DNA of 53,976 nucleotides, counting the filler, from Basidioascus undulatus (taxonomy: Eukaryota): assembly GCA_000826855.1 (NCBI GenBank). It is 3 parts of 3 records of this genome, joined end to end, with 100 filler letters (N's around TTAATTAATTAA, not from the genome) between each part and the next. Parts side by side here need not be neighbours in the genome. Positions count along the whole stretch, not along the records: positions 36,064 to 53,976 come from JTLS01000501.1; 2 more parts are not named here. One strand, 5' to 3'. How positions within the stretch are numbered: the stretch's first letter is position 1; every line of letters begins with the position of its first letter. The notes under the pieces are model-generated. The model saw only the letters and a list, made by a program, of their open reading frames with translations. It was not told the DNA's origin and did not search any database. Shown one piece after another: positions 53,214 to 53,976 of the stretch. The position numbers and the translations under genes were made by a program.

Positions 53214-53976
53214 ATGTCTGATCAACCACAACAACCAAACGCTCCCGCAGCGCAGGAGCAGGACCCGAATGCCAACTACGAGGAGGAGTACCTCACGCAG
53301 GACGACATGCTCGAGGAGCACCAGGACGAGGGCGATGAGCCCATGGACGACGAGGAGGAGGATGATGCTGGGCGGGAGGACGATGACGTGGAGCTCACTG
53401 AGGAGCAGCAGCAGGTGCGGCACCCCGTTCTTCTCACTTCTCCAGCTTGCTTCTGAGAGCTCACCCACCGCCCCGCTTCCAGACGCTCGACGAGCTCAAC
53501 GCGCCAGACGACTCGATCCAAGGCTTCTTCTCGCACCACGAGCCCGTCTACGCGATCTCCCTCCACCCGACCATCCCGCACCTCGCCGCGACCGGCGGCG
53601 GGGACGACAACGGCTACGTTTGGAGGCTCGACAACGGCGAGGAGGTCGCCAAGCTCACAGGGCACACGGACTCGGTCACGAGCGTGCGCTTCTCCGCGGA
53701 CGGCGAGTACGTCGCGACAGGCGCAATGGACGGGAACGTCCGCGTGTGGAAGAAGGCGGGCAAGGAGGGAGAGAACTGGGAGTTCTTGACAGCGCTGGAG
53801 GTCGGGGACGAGATCACGGTGAGCAAGTTTTCTTTGGCGGGAGGAGGATGGGAGGAACTGTAGCTGAGTCTCGATGAGGCGGTGGATAGTGGATAGACTG
53901 GCACCCCAAGGGCCCCGTCCTTCTCGCCGGCAGCGCAGACTCGACCGTATGGATGTGGCAGCGTGCGCCCCCTCCC
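53214..53976 (+). CDS. SQT1: WD40 ribosome-biogenesis chaperone of uL16/Rpl10 (AAMP homologue), 5' part, runs off the window
   Basis: Acidic N-terminus DEGDEPMDDEEE; DDSIQGFFSHHEPVYAISLHP, ATGGGDDNGYVW, LTGHTDSVTSVRFSADGEYVATGAMDG and WIDWHPKGPVLLAGSADSTVWMWQ. Confidence 0.92.

Overview
Eukaryotic, intron-rich, GC3-biased fungal DNA. Short GT(G/A)CGT...GCTGAC...YAG introns and the protein families point to a basidiomycete (inference). The window is three contigs joined by two artificial 100-nt N/TTAATTAATTAA/N spacers (17935-18034, 35964-36063). Intact conserved genes: 60S acidic protein P1, Rab GGTase-II beta, a membrane-anchored multicopper oxidase, a GPI-type acid phosphatase, a WD40 protein, a bacterial-type Ohr peroxidase with a mitochondrial-like presequence, an AMPK/Snf1 beta subunit (cut by a gap), RNA Pol III subunit RPC2, eEF1B-gamma, cyclin B, ALG12, a TMEM242/Aim11-like protein and SQT1 (cut by the window end). 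The eEF1B-gamma intron hosts a clear snR38-type box C/D snoRNA. Between these genes lie many decayed genes: three related F-box/LRR copies, an MFS transporter, an alpha/beta-hydrolase lipase, BTB and APH-like fragments, and a pair of unrecognised membrane-protein paralogs. Also seen: microexons in copper-ligand motifs, two GC-AG introns, several stop-free 3n introns, and a structured ~350-bp segment flanked by 11-bp direct repeats. I did not find a convincing new multi-gene system. Exon boundaries were read by eye.
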